Shown here: positions 1 to 9,987 of the stretch, one piece after another | How the letters are laid out: each line of letters begins with the position of its first letter | How positions within the stretch are numbered: position 1 is the stretch's first letter | DNA from: Bdellovibrio sp. | Lineage (GTDB): Bacteria > Bdellovibrionota > Bdellovibrionia > Bdellovibrionales > Bdellovibrionaceae | Assembly: GCA_036677065.1 (NCBI GenBank) | Contig: JAKFBS010000003.1 | Coordinates: 384,001-448,000 of the forward strand | DNA length: 64,000 bases | Direction of reading: 5' to 3' | The notes under the pieces: generated by a model | What the model saw: only the letters and a program-made list of their open reading frames with translations | The model's database searches: none | What the model was told of the DNA's origin: nothing | Position numbers and translations under genes: made by a program

Positions 1-1
1 C

Positions 2-130
2 CAATACGCAACTCGCGTTGTGGCTCTTAAAGGTGGAGAACTGGTTTACGAAGGTGATCCAAAAAATATTGATGAAGCCTGGTTTGAAAAAATCTACGGC
101 GCTGGCGCTAAAGAAGTACACATCAGCTAA
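2..130 (+). CDS. phnC: C-terminal fragment of phosphonate-type ABC transporter ATP-binding protein (runs off window start)
   Basis: Frame 2 reads QYATRVVALKGGELVYEGDPKNIDEAWFEKIYG...*, typical PhnC C-terminus; directly upstream of phnE. Confidence 0.75.
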   Translation, partial: QYATRVVALKGGELVYEGDPKNIDEAWFEKIYGAGAKEVHIS

Positions 131-144
131 CAGGAGAAGACCAG

Positions 145-1170
145 ATGAAATCATACGTAATCCGCAGATCAATTTTAGATGGCTTTACTTTCGCATTTTT
201 AATCGCTTCGTTAGCTGTTTGGATTATCAATCCAACGGATGAGCAAGCATTAAACATGAAATTAAATGTAGCTTTATTCGGAGCTGCTTTCGTTGTCGGA
301 ACTTTTGTCAGTCATGTTTTAACTAAGATGAATATTACAACGTTAGGAGAAGCTCTATTTCAGCCTCCTTATAAAAAATCTGTTGTTAGCATTCCTTGGT
401 ATAAAACATTTTCGGCTTGGCACTTAATTATTTTATTAGTGGGTCTAATGATCGTAAGTATCATTAAGACTAAATTTTCAATTAATGAATTATTAAATGA
501 AGATGGTTTTGACGGAGCAATTCGTTTATTCAAAGGCATTGGTTCTCCGAATTTCGATATTCTTCCTAAAGCCATTATCAATATTATTGAAACCATTTTT
601 ATGGCTTTCTTAGCAACAGCTTTAGCAATTCCTTTTGCTTTCGTATTATCTTTTGTTTCTGCAAAAAATGTTATGACGGGCAATGTGGGTTTTTCGATCT
701 ACTTAGCGATGCGTACATTATTTAATGTTATGCGTTCAATCGAAGCTTTAGTCTGGGCGATTATCTTTTCGGTGTGGGTGGGTATCGGTCCATTTGCCGG
801 AATGTTAGCCTTAATGATTCACTCAATTGCCTCATTAGCTAAACAATATTCTGAAATGGTTGAAACTGTAAGTGAAGGCCCAATTGAGGGTGTTCAATCT
901 TGCGGGGCGAATAAGCTTCAAACTATTTGGTACGCGATTGTGCCTCAGGTTGTTTTACCTTACGTTTCATTCACAGTTTATCGCTGGGATATCAACGTGC
1001 GTATGGCAACAATCATCGGCTTAGTTGGCGGTGGCGGTATCGGTACATTACTGGTGCAGTATCAAGGGCAAGCGATGTGGCCAGAAGTTGGTACAATCAT
1101 CGTGGTTATCGCGATCGTTGTATGGGCGATGGATCAAGCTTCAGCTTATATCCGTGAAGCTTTAAAATAG
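145..1170 (+). CDS. phnE: Phosphonate/phosphite ABC transporter permease with extra N-terminal TM region
   Basis: Motifs GIGPFAGMLAL, EGVQSCGA and YRWDINVRMATIIGLVGGGGIG; SD AGGAG upstream. Confidence 0.88.
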   Translation: MKSYVIRRSILDGFTFAFLIASLAVWIINPTDEQALNMKLNVALFGAAFVVGTFVSHVLTKMNITTLGEALFQPPYKKSVVSIPWYKTFSAWHLIILLVGLMIVSIIKTKFSINELLNEDGFDGAIRLFKGIGSPNFDILPKAIINIIETIFMAFLATALAIPFAFVLSFVSAKNVMTGNVGFSIYLAMRTLFNVMRSIEALVWAIIFSVWVGIGPFAGMLALMIHSIASLAKQYSEMVETVSEGPIEGVQSCGANKLQTIWYAIVPQVVLPYVSFTVYRWDINVRMATIIGLVGGGGIGTLLVQYQGQAMWPEVGTIIVVIAIVVWAMDQASAYIREALK

Positions 1171-1189
1171 TATCTGATTACATTTAATA

Positions 1190-1250
1190 CCCTGACGAGG
1201 TGAACCGTACCAGGTGAAACGCAAAGACGGCTCTTTAACAAAGGAGTCGT
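1190..1250 (+). ncRNA. Guanidine-III (ykkC-III) riboswitch with translational expression platform
   Basis: CCUGACGAGGUGAACCGUACCAGG...AAGACGGCUC matches the ykkC-III pseudoknot: P1 CCUG/CAGG, P2 GAACCGU/ACGGCUC. It lies upstream of an SMR transporter. Confidence 0.88.
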
Positions 1251-1252
1251 AT

Positions 1253-1582
1253 ATGTCTATCACAATGGCGTGGGTTGTTCTTATCATTGCAGGGTTATTC
1301 GAAATTTGCTGGGCCGTCGGCCTTAAATTCAGCGAAGGTTTCACTAAACTTTACCCAAGTGTCTTCACCCTGATCACTTTAGCGATCAGCATGTATTTAT
1401 TGGCGCGGGCAAGCCATGTGCTTCCGATCGGCACTGCTTATGGCGTGTGGGTGGGAGTTGGCGCTTTAGGCACGGCAGTGCTTGGCATTGTCTTATTTCA
1501 AGAATCAGTGTCGCCGATGCGGCTTTTATTCTTGGTGATGTTATTCGTTTCTATCATAGGTTTAAAACTGACCAGCGATTAA
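1253..1582 (+). CDS. gdx: SMR-family guanidinium exporter (Gdx/SugE)
   Basis: AWVVLIIAGLFEICWAVGLKFSEGFT and LPIGTAYGVWVGVG motifs; start moved to ATG 1253 after SD AAGGAG 1241-1246. Confidence 0.9.
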   Translation: MSITMAWVVLIIAGLFEICWAVGLKFSEGFTKLYPSVFTLITLAISMYLLARASHVLPIGTAYGVWVGVGALGTAVLGIVLFQESVSPMRLLFLVMLFVSIIGLKLTSD

Positions 1583-1626
1583 TCTGCTGACAGTGCTGTA
1601 AAAAAATTAATCAATTTCAAAAACAT

Positions 1627-1654
1627 TTAAGACGATAGTCCTGAGGGCCGATAG
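1627..1654 (+). promoter_or_regulatory. Putative sigma28 (FliA) promoter
   Basis: TTAAG-N15-GCCGATAG compared with consensus TAAA-N15-GCCGATAA. Confidence 0.6.
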
Positions 1655-1681
1655 GAGTCTTGAAATAAGAGGGAATTGATT

Positions 1682-2452
1682 ATGTCTACTTTCTACATCG
1701 CTAGCCAAGGTCAACAGCAAGGACCATTCACTATTCAAGAAATTGAAGTCAAGCTGACCTCACAAAAAATCAATTGGCATGATTACATCTATGACGACAA
1801 AGCTGAGGATTGGGTTTTATTAATGGAGTATGCGCCATTCACGATGTTATTTAATAATAGTTTTAAAACTCCGCTTGCAGTTGTAAAAAATGTGGTTGAT
1901 GTAGACCCTGCGAAAAAAAGAATTTGGTTCGTGTTAAAGCAAAATAATAATTACGGGCCATTTTCGAAATTAGATTTAATCCAAATGTTACAAAGTAAAA
2001 CTTTGCATGAATATGATTTTATCTGGCACGACAATATGACTGCCTGGAAACGTTTAGCTGAAGTTGAAGAATTTTCAGTTGCTGAAATTCGGTTATTATT
2101 TGAAAAACACACTAAGAAAAAAGATACCGGCGATAAAGTGTTTTTCAGACGTAAATTTCCACGTGCAAAAGTCGAATCGCATGCAATCGTTCACGATAAA
2201 CACAAAGTTTACAAATCAGTGGGCGTTGAAATTTCTGAAGGCGGCGCCGGGCTAATGATCGAAGACGGTAAATTCGAAAAAGACCAACAAATTTATTTAC
2301 ATTTCAAACCGGCTTCTGAAGTTCCGGCTTTTAATGCTATTTGCAAAATTGTAAGTTGCAAAGGCAATGTTTATGGCGTGCAGTTTTTAAAAATTTCTGC
2401 AGCAGCAAAAACTTATATTGCTAATTATACCAGAAAGAAAGCGGCGGCTTAA
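1682..2452 (+). CDS. Tandem GYF_2 (DUF4339)-like domains plus C-terminal PilZ domain protein
   Basis: Two QQGPF/NYGPF...W repeats; PilZ motifs RRKFPR and EISEGG; ATG 1682 preferred over TTG 1676. Confidence 0.75.
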   Translation: MSTFYIASQGQQQGPFTIQEIEVKLTSQKINWHDYIYDDKAEDWVLLMEYAPFTMLFNNSFKTPLAVVKNVVDVDPAKKRIWFVLKQNNNYGPFSKLDLIQMLQSKTLHEYDFIWHDNMTAWKRLAEVEEFSVAEIRLLFEKHTKKKDTGDKVFFRRKFPRAKVESHAIVHDKHKVYKSVGVEISEGGAGLMIEDGKFEKDQQIYLHFKPASEVPAFNAICKIVSCKGNVYGVQFLKISAAAKTYIANYTRKKAAA

Positions 2453-2453
2453 G

Positions 2454-3452
2454 ATGAAAAAAACCACGATGGTTCTATTGTTGTCGGCTTTGGTTATTGC
2501 CGTCGTTAATACGACGGGCTGTAAGAATGCGGCGACAAGTTTTGCATTACCACAGCAAAACGAATCGTTTTCAGGGCAGACATTTTATAATAACAAAGTC
2601 GATTTGTTATTCGTCGTGGATAATTCAAAATCAATGTTACAGTATCAACAGCGTTTGGCTGCAAAAGTTCATGAGATGGTTGATACGTTAAATAGCTTAG
2701 GTATGGATTACCGCATCGGGGTTACGACTTCGACGATGGCTAAAAATTCAGATTATGCTTCGGCAAGAAAACTTGTTGGAACTCCGGCATATTTAACTTC
2801 AGCAAATATCAATTTATTGCCAGATCGTATTATTGTGGGTGAGTCAGGTTCAGATTTAGAGCGCAGTCTAGATGCGATGAAATATGTGACTTCAACAGAT
2901 TATGCGAGCCAATTTCTTCGCAGTGATGCCTTGTTTTCAGTGATCTTTATCAGTGATGAAATTGATCAAAGCACTGAGTTCGGCAATCCGAATAACGACG
3001 ATTTCGTAAATTATTTAAACTCAAGAAAACCGCTTTTTTCAGATGGCACCCGTGGCTGGATTGCAAACTACATCGGGATTTTAACAAATCAAAGTTGTGA
3101 TGCTTTAGGCGGACACGTTTCAATCGGCACGCAATTTTTAAAATTAGTCGATGCTTCAAAAGGTGTTAAATCCTCAATTTGCGCAGCAGATTTAAGTGCA
3201 GCAGTTTCTAACATTAAAGCGCGCATTATTTCGCAATTAACTTCGTATCGCTTTAAAGATATTCCGAATAAAGCAACAATCCAAGTGACTGTTGGTGGGC
3301 GTGCAACTTTTGAAGACGCGGTGAACGGGTGGACATTAGAAACTGAAGTGAATGGGGCGACCACGATTTATCTTTTAAAATTTCATGGTGTCGCAATTCC
3401 TGCAGCAGATGAGCAAGTGATCGTGAATTACAAACCAAACGGTGCTACTTAG
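2454..3452 (+). CDS. vWA-domain lipoprotein
   Basis: Signal peptide with TTGC lipobox; VDLLFVVDNSKSM (MIDAS DxSxS) and IFISDEID; ATG 2454 follows the upstream stop. Confidence 0.65.
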   Translation: MKKTTMVLLLSALVIAVVNTTGCKNAATSFALPQQNESFSGQTFYNNKVDLLFVVDNSKSMLQYQQRLAAKVHEMVDTLNSLGMDYRIGVTTSTMAKNSDYASARKLVGTPAYLTSANINLLPDRIIVGESGSDLERSLDAMKYVTSTDYASQFLRSDALFSVIFISDEIDQSTEFGNPNNDDFVNYLNSRKPLFSDGTRGWIANYIGILTNQSCDALGGHVSIGTQFLKLVDASKGVKSSICAADLSAAVSNIKARIISQLTSYRFKDIPNKATIQVTVGGRATFEDAVNGWTLETEVNGATTIYLLKFHGVAIPAADEQVIVNYKPNGAT

Positions 3453-4092
3453 TCAGATCAAAATTAGAATAAATTAATCCAAATCCAGTGCGGCTCCATT
3501 TAACGGGGCCTGTATCTAAACTTTCACTAAATTCTTCTTGTGTGTAATCAAGTACAAAACCTAAACGTCCCTTTAGCCTACGCGTATATTGAACCGTATA
3601 ACCAGCAGTGGCTTTGTAAGATTGCGAATCGTTATTGATGTCAGGTTTTTCTAATTGATAAGTGTCGCTGGCGCGATAGAAAACACCAAAGCTTTGCACG
3701 CCATCGTAATAATCAAGGCGTGGCCCAAATGAAACTCCCGTTCCGGTAACGTTAGTGTTGGCCACTTCGGCGGCTTCGGTAATTTGTGAACCTTGCATAT
3801 ATTCAGCGACTGCGGATAAACGAATTTTACCCATGCGCACGCCGACAAACAGTTGCACCGGGTAAAAATAAAGATCGCGATCAGGGGCATCGACTAAACC
3901 GTTTCCCATTGTGCCTTGTGCGCCAATGAGTGAAAATCCGGCGCTCATAATTTTGTTGTTTGATTTGTAAGCAGTTGGTTTTCCTTTAAAGCTAAAACCT
4001 TTAAACTTTTTGCGAGCCAAAGCGGGCTCAGTGAGAATGATAATCATCACGCTCACTATGAGAGTTAAAATACGAAGCTTTTGCGAAAACAT
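3445..4092 (-). CDS. Secreted protein, probable outer-membrane beta-barrel
   Basis: Signal peptide ending PALA; alternating amphipathic beta-strand pattern. Confidence 0.55.
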   Translation of the reverse strand: MFSQKLRILTLIVSVMIIILTEPALARKKFKGFSFKGKPTAYKSNNKIMSAGFSLIGAQGTMGNGLVDAPDRDLYFYPVQLFVGVRMGKIRLSAVAEYMQGSQITEAAEVANTNVTGTGVSFGPRLDYYDGVQSFGVFYRASDTYQLEKPDINNDSQSYKATAGYTVQYTRRLKGRLGFVLDYTQEEFSESLDTGPVKWSRTGFGLIYSNFDLTK

Positions 4093-4313
4093 CATTAGAT
4101 TTTAGCACAAAGTTTTATCAGAGACTATTTGCTCCTCTCAGAATGAGACTTTCCACTTGGGACAAAAGTCTAGGTCGCGGGGAATTTTAAAAAAATAAAC
4201 GGGTAGAAATTTGCCCGAAATGACTGCGCAATTAGCACGATATGTCGTTGTCTTCATTCAGGTTTTTTGTAATGATGAGTCGTTGAAAACCAAATGATTA
4301 TACAGAGGTACAT

Positions 4314-4907
4314 ATGTCGGATACAGTGTCTGATAAATCTTTAGAAGATATGTCGAAGTCGTTCGCGTTAACTACGCGACTTGATGCGATCGCAGCGTGG
4401 GGACAAAGAAATGCTTTGTGGCCACTTCCTTACGGAACAGCTTGTTGTGGTATCGAGTTAATGTCAGTGATGGGTCCGAAATATGACTTAGCCCGCTTCG
4501 GTGCGGAGGTTGTTCGTTTTTCTCCTCGTCAAGCAGACTTACTTGTTGTTGCTGGTACGATCACAGAAAAAATGGCACCGATCTTAGTGCGTATTTACCA
4601 ACAAATGTTAGAACCAAAATATGTTTTATCAATGGGAGCCTGTGCAAGCTCTGGTGGTTTCTACCGCGCTTACCACGTGTTACAAGGTTGTGATAAAGTT
4701 ATTCCAGTTGATGTTTATGTTCCAGGTTGTCCTCCAACTCCAGAAGCCGTTCTTGATGGCGTGATGACATTACAAAAAATGATTAAAGACAGAACGCCAC
4801 GTCCTTGGAAAGAGGGCTGGGTTTCTCCTTACGAAATCAATGCGCAAACTGTTCCAGATTCTTTAACTTCTACACGAGTTATTACACCTCGTCCGGTAGG
4901 AGTTTAA
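4314..4907 (+). CDS. nuoB: NADH-quinone oxidoreductase subunit B
   Basis: [14 protein letters not shown] and PGCPP motifs. Confidence 0.97.
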   Translation: MSDTVSDKSLEDMSKSFALTTRLDAIAAWGQRNALWPLPYGTACCGIELMSVMGPKYDLARFGAEVVRFSPRQADLLVVAGTITEKMAPILVRIYQQMLEPKYVLSMGACASSGGFYRAYHVLQGCDKVIPVDVYVPGCPPTPEAVLDGVMTLQKMIKDRTPRPWKEGWVSPYEINAQTVPDSLTSTRVITPRPVGV

Positions 4908-4908
4908 G

Positions 4909-6597
4909 ATGTCTGAACAATTGGCCACTCTAAAACAAGACATCGCCGTTAAATTTGGTGATAACGCTTTTAAATTTTCTACGACTCCAGTTGGCGATCA
5001 TGTTGTTGAAGCGTCAAAAGAAACTGTAACTGCACTTTTAAGATATTTAAAAGAATACGCTGGTTACAATTTTTTAATGGATGTTTGCGGAGTTGATTAT
5101 CCAAACCGTGAAAAACGTTTTGATGTTGTATATCACTTATTCGGATCTTCTGATTCACGTCGCTTGCGTGTAAAAACACAAGTTGCTGATGGCGAAGCCG
5201 TTGTTACGGCTACAACAATCTGGAAAGCGGCTGACTGGTTTGAGCGTGAAGCTTATGACATGTTCGGTATTAAATTTTCGGGTCACCCGAATTTAAGAAA
5301 AATTTTAACTCACCACCAATTTGTCGGGCATCCGTTACGTAAAGATTACGAAGCTGATAAACAACAACACTGTTCTTCAGTTTTACCAATTCATTTTGAT
5401 AACACTCCTGAACAACGTGGTGACCAATTAGATTCAAGATATGTTCCTTTAAATATTGGACCTTCGCATCCAGCGATGCACGGAACACTTCGTGTAATGG
5501 TTGAATTAGATGGTGAAACGATCGTTCGTGCGATGCCTGAAATCGGATATCTTCACAGATGTTTTGAAAAAATGGCTGAAACTCATCCGTACAACCAAGT
5601 TATTCCATACACTGATCGTTTAAATTACTGTTCAGCGCCGATGAATAACATTGGTTATTGCATGGCTGTTGAAAAATTAATGGGCTTAGAAATTCCTGCA
5701 CGTGCTGAAACAATGCGTGTGATCTTATGCGAACTTTCTCGCGTGATCGATCATATCATTGCGGTTGGTACTGGTGGTGTTGACTTAGGTGCCTTAACTG
5801 CGTTTTTCCACTTATTTACTTTCCGCGAAAAAGTTTACACATTATTTGAAAAACTTTGCGGTGCTCGCTTAACAGTTGCTATGACTCGCGTTGGCGGTAT
5901 GGCTTACGACGCTCCTGAAGGTTGGTTTAACGACGTTCTTCGTTTTTGTGATGAAATGTCTGATGGTATCGAAGAAATTTCTAAAATGTTATTGGGAAAT
6001 AAAATTTTCATCAAACGTACACAAGATGTGTGTCCGGTTTCAGCTCAGGATGCGATCGAGTGGGGTTACACTGGTCCGTTACTTAGAGCTTCAGGTGTAA
6101 ATTTAGATTTACGTCGTGCTCAGCCTTATTATGGTTATGAAAAATATGATTTCGATGTTCCGGTTGGAACCCAAGGTGATATTTACGATCGTTACTTAGT
6201 TCGTATTGAAGAAATGCGCCAATCAATCCGCATCATCAGACAAGCATGTAAGAATGTTCCATCTGGTGATTGGACAGTTCGTGATAAAGGCGTTGTATTA
6301 CCAGAGAAAAAAGATGTTTACGGAAACATCGAAGGTTTAATGAATCACTTTATGTTAGTGATCAAAGGTCTTCGTCCTCCTGTTGGCGAAATTTATTCGG
6401 CAACAGAAGCTGCAAACGGTGAATTAGGTTTCTACTTAATTTCTGATGGTTCAGCTTCTCCTTATCGCCTGAAAGTTCGTCCACCATGTTTTGCAATTTA
6501 TCAATCATTCCCAGATGTAGTTAAGGGTTCAATGTTAGCAGATGCGATTGCAACTGTTGCATCAATGAACTTAATCGCTGGCGAGTTAGACAGATAG
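4909..6597 (+). CDS. nuoCD: NADH-quinone oxidoreductase fused subunit C/D
   Basis: WFEREAYDMFG and GHPLRKDY (C) fused to GPSHPAMHGTLR...GELDR (D). Confidence 0.96.
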   Translation: MSEQLATLKQDIAVKFGDNAFKFSTTPVGDHVVEASKETVTALLRYLKEYAGYNFLMDVCGVDYPNREKRFDVVYHLFGSSDSRRLRVKTQVADGEAVVTATTIWKAADWFEREAYDMFGIKFSGHPNLRKILTHHQFVGHPLRKDYEADKQQHCSSVLPIHFDNTPEQRGDQLDSRYVPLNIGPSHPAMHGTLRVMVELDGETIVRAMPEIGYLHRCFEKMAETHPYNQVIPYTDRLNYCSAPMNNIGYCMAVEKLMGLEIPARAETMRVILCELSRVIDHIIAVGTGGVDLGALTAFFHLFTFREKVYTLFEKLCGARLTVAMTRVGGMAYDAPEGWFNDVLRFCDEMSDGIEEISKMLLGNKIFIKRTQDVCPVSAQDAIEWGYTGPLLRASGVNLDLRRAQPYYGYEKYDFDVPVGTQGDIYDRYLVRIEEMRQSIRIIRQACKNVPSGDWTVRDKGVVLPEKKDVYGNIEGLMNHFMLVIKGLRPPVGEIYSATEAANGELGFYLISDGSASPYRLKVRPPCFAIYQSFPDVVKGSMLADAIATVASMNLIAGELDR

Positions 6598-6608
6598 GAG
6601 CCGCCCAT

Positions 6609-7082
6609 ATGTTTCAATTATCTCCTCAAGGAAAAGAAAAAGTTTTAGCCGAATTGAAAAGATACGAATCTCGTCAATCTGCGGTTTTACCTGCTTTGTA
6701 TATCGCGCAAGCTGAAAACAAAGGTTACATTTCAAAAGATGTTATCAAAGAATTATCACGCGTGATGGAATTGCCAGAAGCAAACATCAACGAAGTTTGC
6801 ACGTTCTATACAATGTACAACAAAGAGCCGATCGGTAATCACCACGTACAAGTATGTCGTACATTATCTTGCATGTTGAATGGTGCAAAAGAATTGTCTG
6901 AGCATATCTGTTCACAATTAGGAACTCACTTAGGTGAAAAAACTAAAGACGGAAAGTTCACAGTAACTGAAGTTGAATGTTTAGGTTCATGCGGAACAGC
7001 TCCGATGATGCAAATTGGTGATAAATATTACGAAAATTTAACTCATGAATCTGCGATGAATATCATTCGCGGTTTGAAATAG
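6609..7082 (+). CDS. nuoE: NADH-quinone oxidoreductase subunit E
   Basis: CRTLSC and ECLGSC 2Fe-2S ligands. Confidence 0.95.
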   Translation: MFQLSPQGKEKVLAELKRYESRQSAVLPALYIAQAENKGYISKDVIKELSRVMELPEANINEVCTFYTMYNKEPIGNHHVQVCRTLSCMLNGAKELSEHICSQLGTHLGEKTKDGKFTVTEVECLGSCGTAPMMQIGDKYYENLTHESAMNIIRGLK

Positions 7083-7090
7083 GAATTACG

Positions 7091-8401
7091 ATGAGCGAAG
7101 TAAAATATCTTACAGAATTTTATCACTTACCTGAATTCAAGGGCTTAGAAGGCTACAAAAAAAATGGTGGTTACGTTCAACTGGCGAAAGCTTTGAAAAT
7201 GCAACCGCAAGCGATCATCGACGAAGTTAAAGCTTCTGGTCTTCGCGGTCGTGGCGGCGCGGGTTTCCCGACTGGAATGAAATGGGGATTCTTACCAAAA
7301 AACGACGAACCAAGATATTTACTTTGCAACGCCGATGAAGGCGAGCCCGGTACATTCAAAGATCGCATGATGATGGAAAAAGCTCCGCATCAATTAGTAG
7401 AAGGCATGATTATTTCAGCTTTCGCGATCAACTGTAAAAAATCTTATATTTATGTTCGCGGTGAGTACGATGATTCAATCAACGCATTAAACACAGCGAT
7501 TCAAGAGGCGTACAAGGCAGGATTACTAGGAAAAAATATTCTAGGTTCTGGTTTTGATCACGATATGGATGTGTACCGTGGAGCAGGCGCCTATATCTGC
7601 GGTGAAGAAACAGGAATGATTTCTTCTCTTGAAGGTTTAAAAGGCCAACCTAAATTAAAACCACCATTTCCGGCGGTTCAAGGTTACTTAAAAAAACCAA
7701 CAATTGTTAATAACGTAGAAACTTTAGCGGCAGTTAAATACATCATGCGTGATGGCGCTGCCGGTTACCGTAAATACGGAACTGAAAAATCTGCGGGTTC
7801 AAAATTATTCTCATTATCAGGAAATGTTAATAAACCAGGTAACTACGAAGTGCCATTGGGATATCCGTTAAAAGATATGATCAATGTTCTTGGTGGCGGA
7901 ATTAAAAATGGCAAAAAATTAAAAGCCGTAATTCCGGGTGGATCATCAGCTCCAGTTCTTACTGCTGAAGAAGCCTTGAAAGCTACTTTAGATTATGAAA
8001 ACTTAGCTGCAGCCGGAACAATGTTAGGATCAGGCGCGATTATCGTGATTGATGATTCTAAATGTATGGTTGAATGCTTAGCTAACTTAACTCACTTTTA
8101 TCACCACGAATCTTGTGGCCAATGTACTCCATGCCGAGAAGGCACTGGCTGGGCAGATAAAATCGTTCATTCGATCTTATCTGGTAAGGGCCGCTTACAA
8201 GATATCGAATTACTTGTAAAAGTTGCTGATAACATGAAAGGCCGCACAATCTGCGCTCTTTCAGATGCAGCAGCATTACCGATCATTAGTTTTGTGACTA
8301 AATTCCGCGACGAATTCGAATATTTCGTGCGTGAAGGTAAATCAAAAGTAAAAGGTACAGCATACAAAGGACATGCATATGCAGCAACAGCCTCTCATTA
8401 A
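7091..8401 (+). CDS. nuoF: NADH-quinone oxidoreductase subunit F
   Basis: GRGGAGFPTG, GAGAYICGEET and ESCGQCTPCREG motifs. Confidence 0.97.
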   Translation: MSEVKYLTEFYHLPEFKGLEGYKKNGGYVQLAKALKMQPQAIIDEVKASGLRGRGGAGFPTGMKWGFLPKNDEPRYLLCNADEGEPGTFKDRMMMEKAPHQLVEGMIISAFAINCKKSYIYVRGEYDDSINALNTAIQEAYKAGLLGKNILGSGFDHDMDVYRGAGAYICGEETGMISSLEGLKGQPKLKPPFPAVQGYLKKPTIVNNVETLAAVKYIMRDGAAGYRKYGTEKSAGSKLFSLSGNVNKPGNYEVPLGYPLKDMINVLGGGIKNGKKLKAVIPGGSSAPVLTAEEALKATLDYENLAAAGTMLGSGAIIVIDDSKCMVECLANLTHFYHHESCGQCTPCREGTGWADKIVHSILSGKGRLQDIELLVKVADNMKGRTICALSDAAALPIISFVTKFRDEFEYFVREGKSKVKGTAYKGHAYAATASH

Positions 8402-9977
8402 TTGTACAATTAACGGTGTAGCTCTTCAGGTTAAAGCTGGATCTACAATCATCGAAGCTATGTACGAGAATCAGCAAAAGATTGCTCATTACTGCTGGCA
8501 TCCGGGTTTAAGTATCGCCGGTGTTTGCCGTTTATGTATGGTGCAGATCGAAGGAAATCCGCGTTTACAAATCGCATGTAACACAGTTGTGACTGAAGGC
8601 ATGAAAGTTAATAATACGTCTGACCAAGTTGTCGAGGCGGCAAAATGGGGATTAGATTTCCATTTAATTAACCATCCACTTGATTGTCCGATCTGTGACC
8701 AAGCTGGAGAGTGCGGTTTACAAGAACAGTACATGGAGTTTGGTAAATACAATTCTGAAATGTCTGAGAAAAAACAAAAGAAACACAAGGTTGTAGATCT
8801 TGGACCAACAGTGGTTCTGGATTCTGAGCGTTGTATTCTTTGTTCTCGTTGTGTGCGTTTCACTGATGAAGTTTCTAAAACTCACGAACTAGGAATTTTC
8901 AACCGTGGTGACCACGCTGAAATCGGGACTCACGCCGGTAAACCATTAGATAATAAATACTCTTTAAACACTGTAGATATTTGTCCGGTCGGAGCTTTAA
9001 CTTCTAAAGACTTCCGTTTCAGACAACGTGTATGGTTTTTAAAAGATGCTGAGACGGTTTGTAACGGCTGTTCGACAGGTTGTAACGTTAAAGTGTACTT
9101 CAATAAAGAAGGCGTTTTTCGCGTTAAACCTAAGCGTAACGATGCCATCAACGGTCACTGGATGTGTGATGAAGGTCGCGATGTTTACAAATTCGTAAAC
9201 AAAGAAAACCGTCAGATCAAAGGGCATAAATTGGCCAACGGCCAATGGCACTCTGAACTTCACGCGGGCGCAGCAGCAAAAGATGCAAGCTTAAGCCTAC
9301 AAGGTGCAACTGGTAACGACATTGCTTTAGTAGTTACAGGTCAACACACCGTTGAAGAACTTGATGCAATCGTTTCAACTTTTGTAAATACTTACAAAAC
9401 TAAAAATGTTTATCACTGGTGGAATTCTGAAGCTACAGCATCTGAATTTGACGGTATTCTTTTACGTGGCGATAAAAATCCAAACACAAAAGGTTTACAG
9501 CAAGTTTTTGCTAAGCATGGCATAGCAACTAAATTTTCTGATTTAGATCCAGCTAAAGTTAAACACTTAGTTGTAGTTGGTCCTGAGAATATTCCAGTTT
9601 ACAAAGATTTCACTGCTAAATTAGAGTTTTTTGCTAAAGCGCAAAACTTAATTTACATGACGTCGGCAAAAGTGGATTCATTAGTGGCTAATAAATCGTT
9701 AAAATCAGCGACAATTATCCCGCTTAAAACTTACATTGAAAAATCTGGAACATTTATCAACCATGCTGGTGTTTCGCAGACTTTCAAAAAAGTGACAACA
9801 GTTGTTTCTGAAGCTTTAACAGTTGTAGAAGCAGCGGCGCTACTAGCTGGCCAAGAAATCAAAATCGAAACTTTAAACCCTAAAAACTTATTTGTAGCAG
9901 CTAATAAACCAGCTGACCAAGTGACGTTAGATTTCCGTAAGAAAAATGAATTCATTTTTCAACGTGGAAAGTTGTAA
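8379..9977 (+). CDS. nuoG: NADH-quinone oxidoreductase subunit G (short form)
   Basis: CWHPGLSIAGVCRLC, HPLDCPICDQAGEC, CILCSRCVRF and CNGCSTGC; start 8379 or 8373. Confidence 0.93.
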   Translation: MQQQPLINCTINGVALQVKAGSTIIEAMYENQQKIAHYCWHPGLSIAGVCRLCMVQIEGNPRLQIACNTVVTEGMKVNNTSDQVVEAAKWGLDFHLINHPLDCPICDQAGECGLQEQYMEFGKYNSEMSEKKQKKHKVVDLGPTVVLDSERCILCSRCVRFTDEVSKTHELGIFNRGDHAEIGTHAGKPLDNKYSLNTVDICPVGALTSKDFRFRQRVWFLKDAETVCNGCSTGCNVKVYFNKEGVFRVKPKRNDAINGHWMCDEGRDVYKFVNKENRQIKGHKLANGQWHSELHAGAAAKDASLSLQGATGNDIALVVTGQHTVEELDAIVSTFVNTYKTKNVYHWWNSEATASEFDGILLRGDKNPNTKGLQQVFAKHGIATKFSDLDPAKVKHLVVVGPENIPVYKDFTAKLEFFAKAQNLIYMTSAKVDSLVANKSLKSATIIPLKTYIEKSGTFINHAGVSQTFKKVTTVVSEALTVVEAAALLAGQEIKIETLNPKNLFVAANKPADQVTLDFRKKNEFIFQRGKL

Positions 9978-9987
9978 GAGGTAATAT

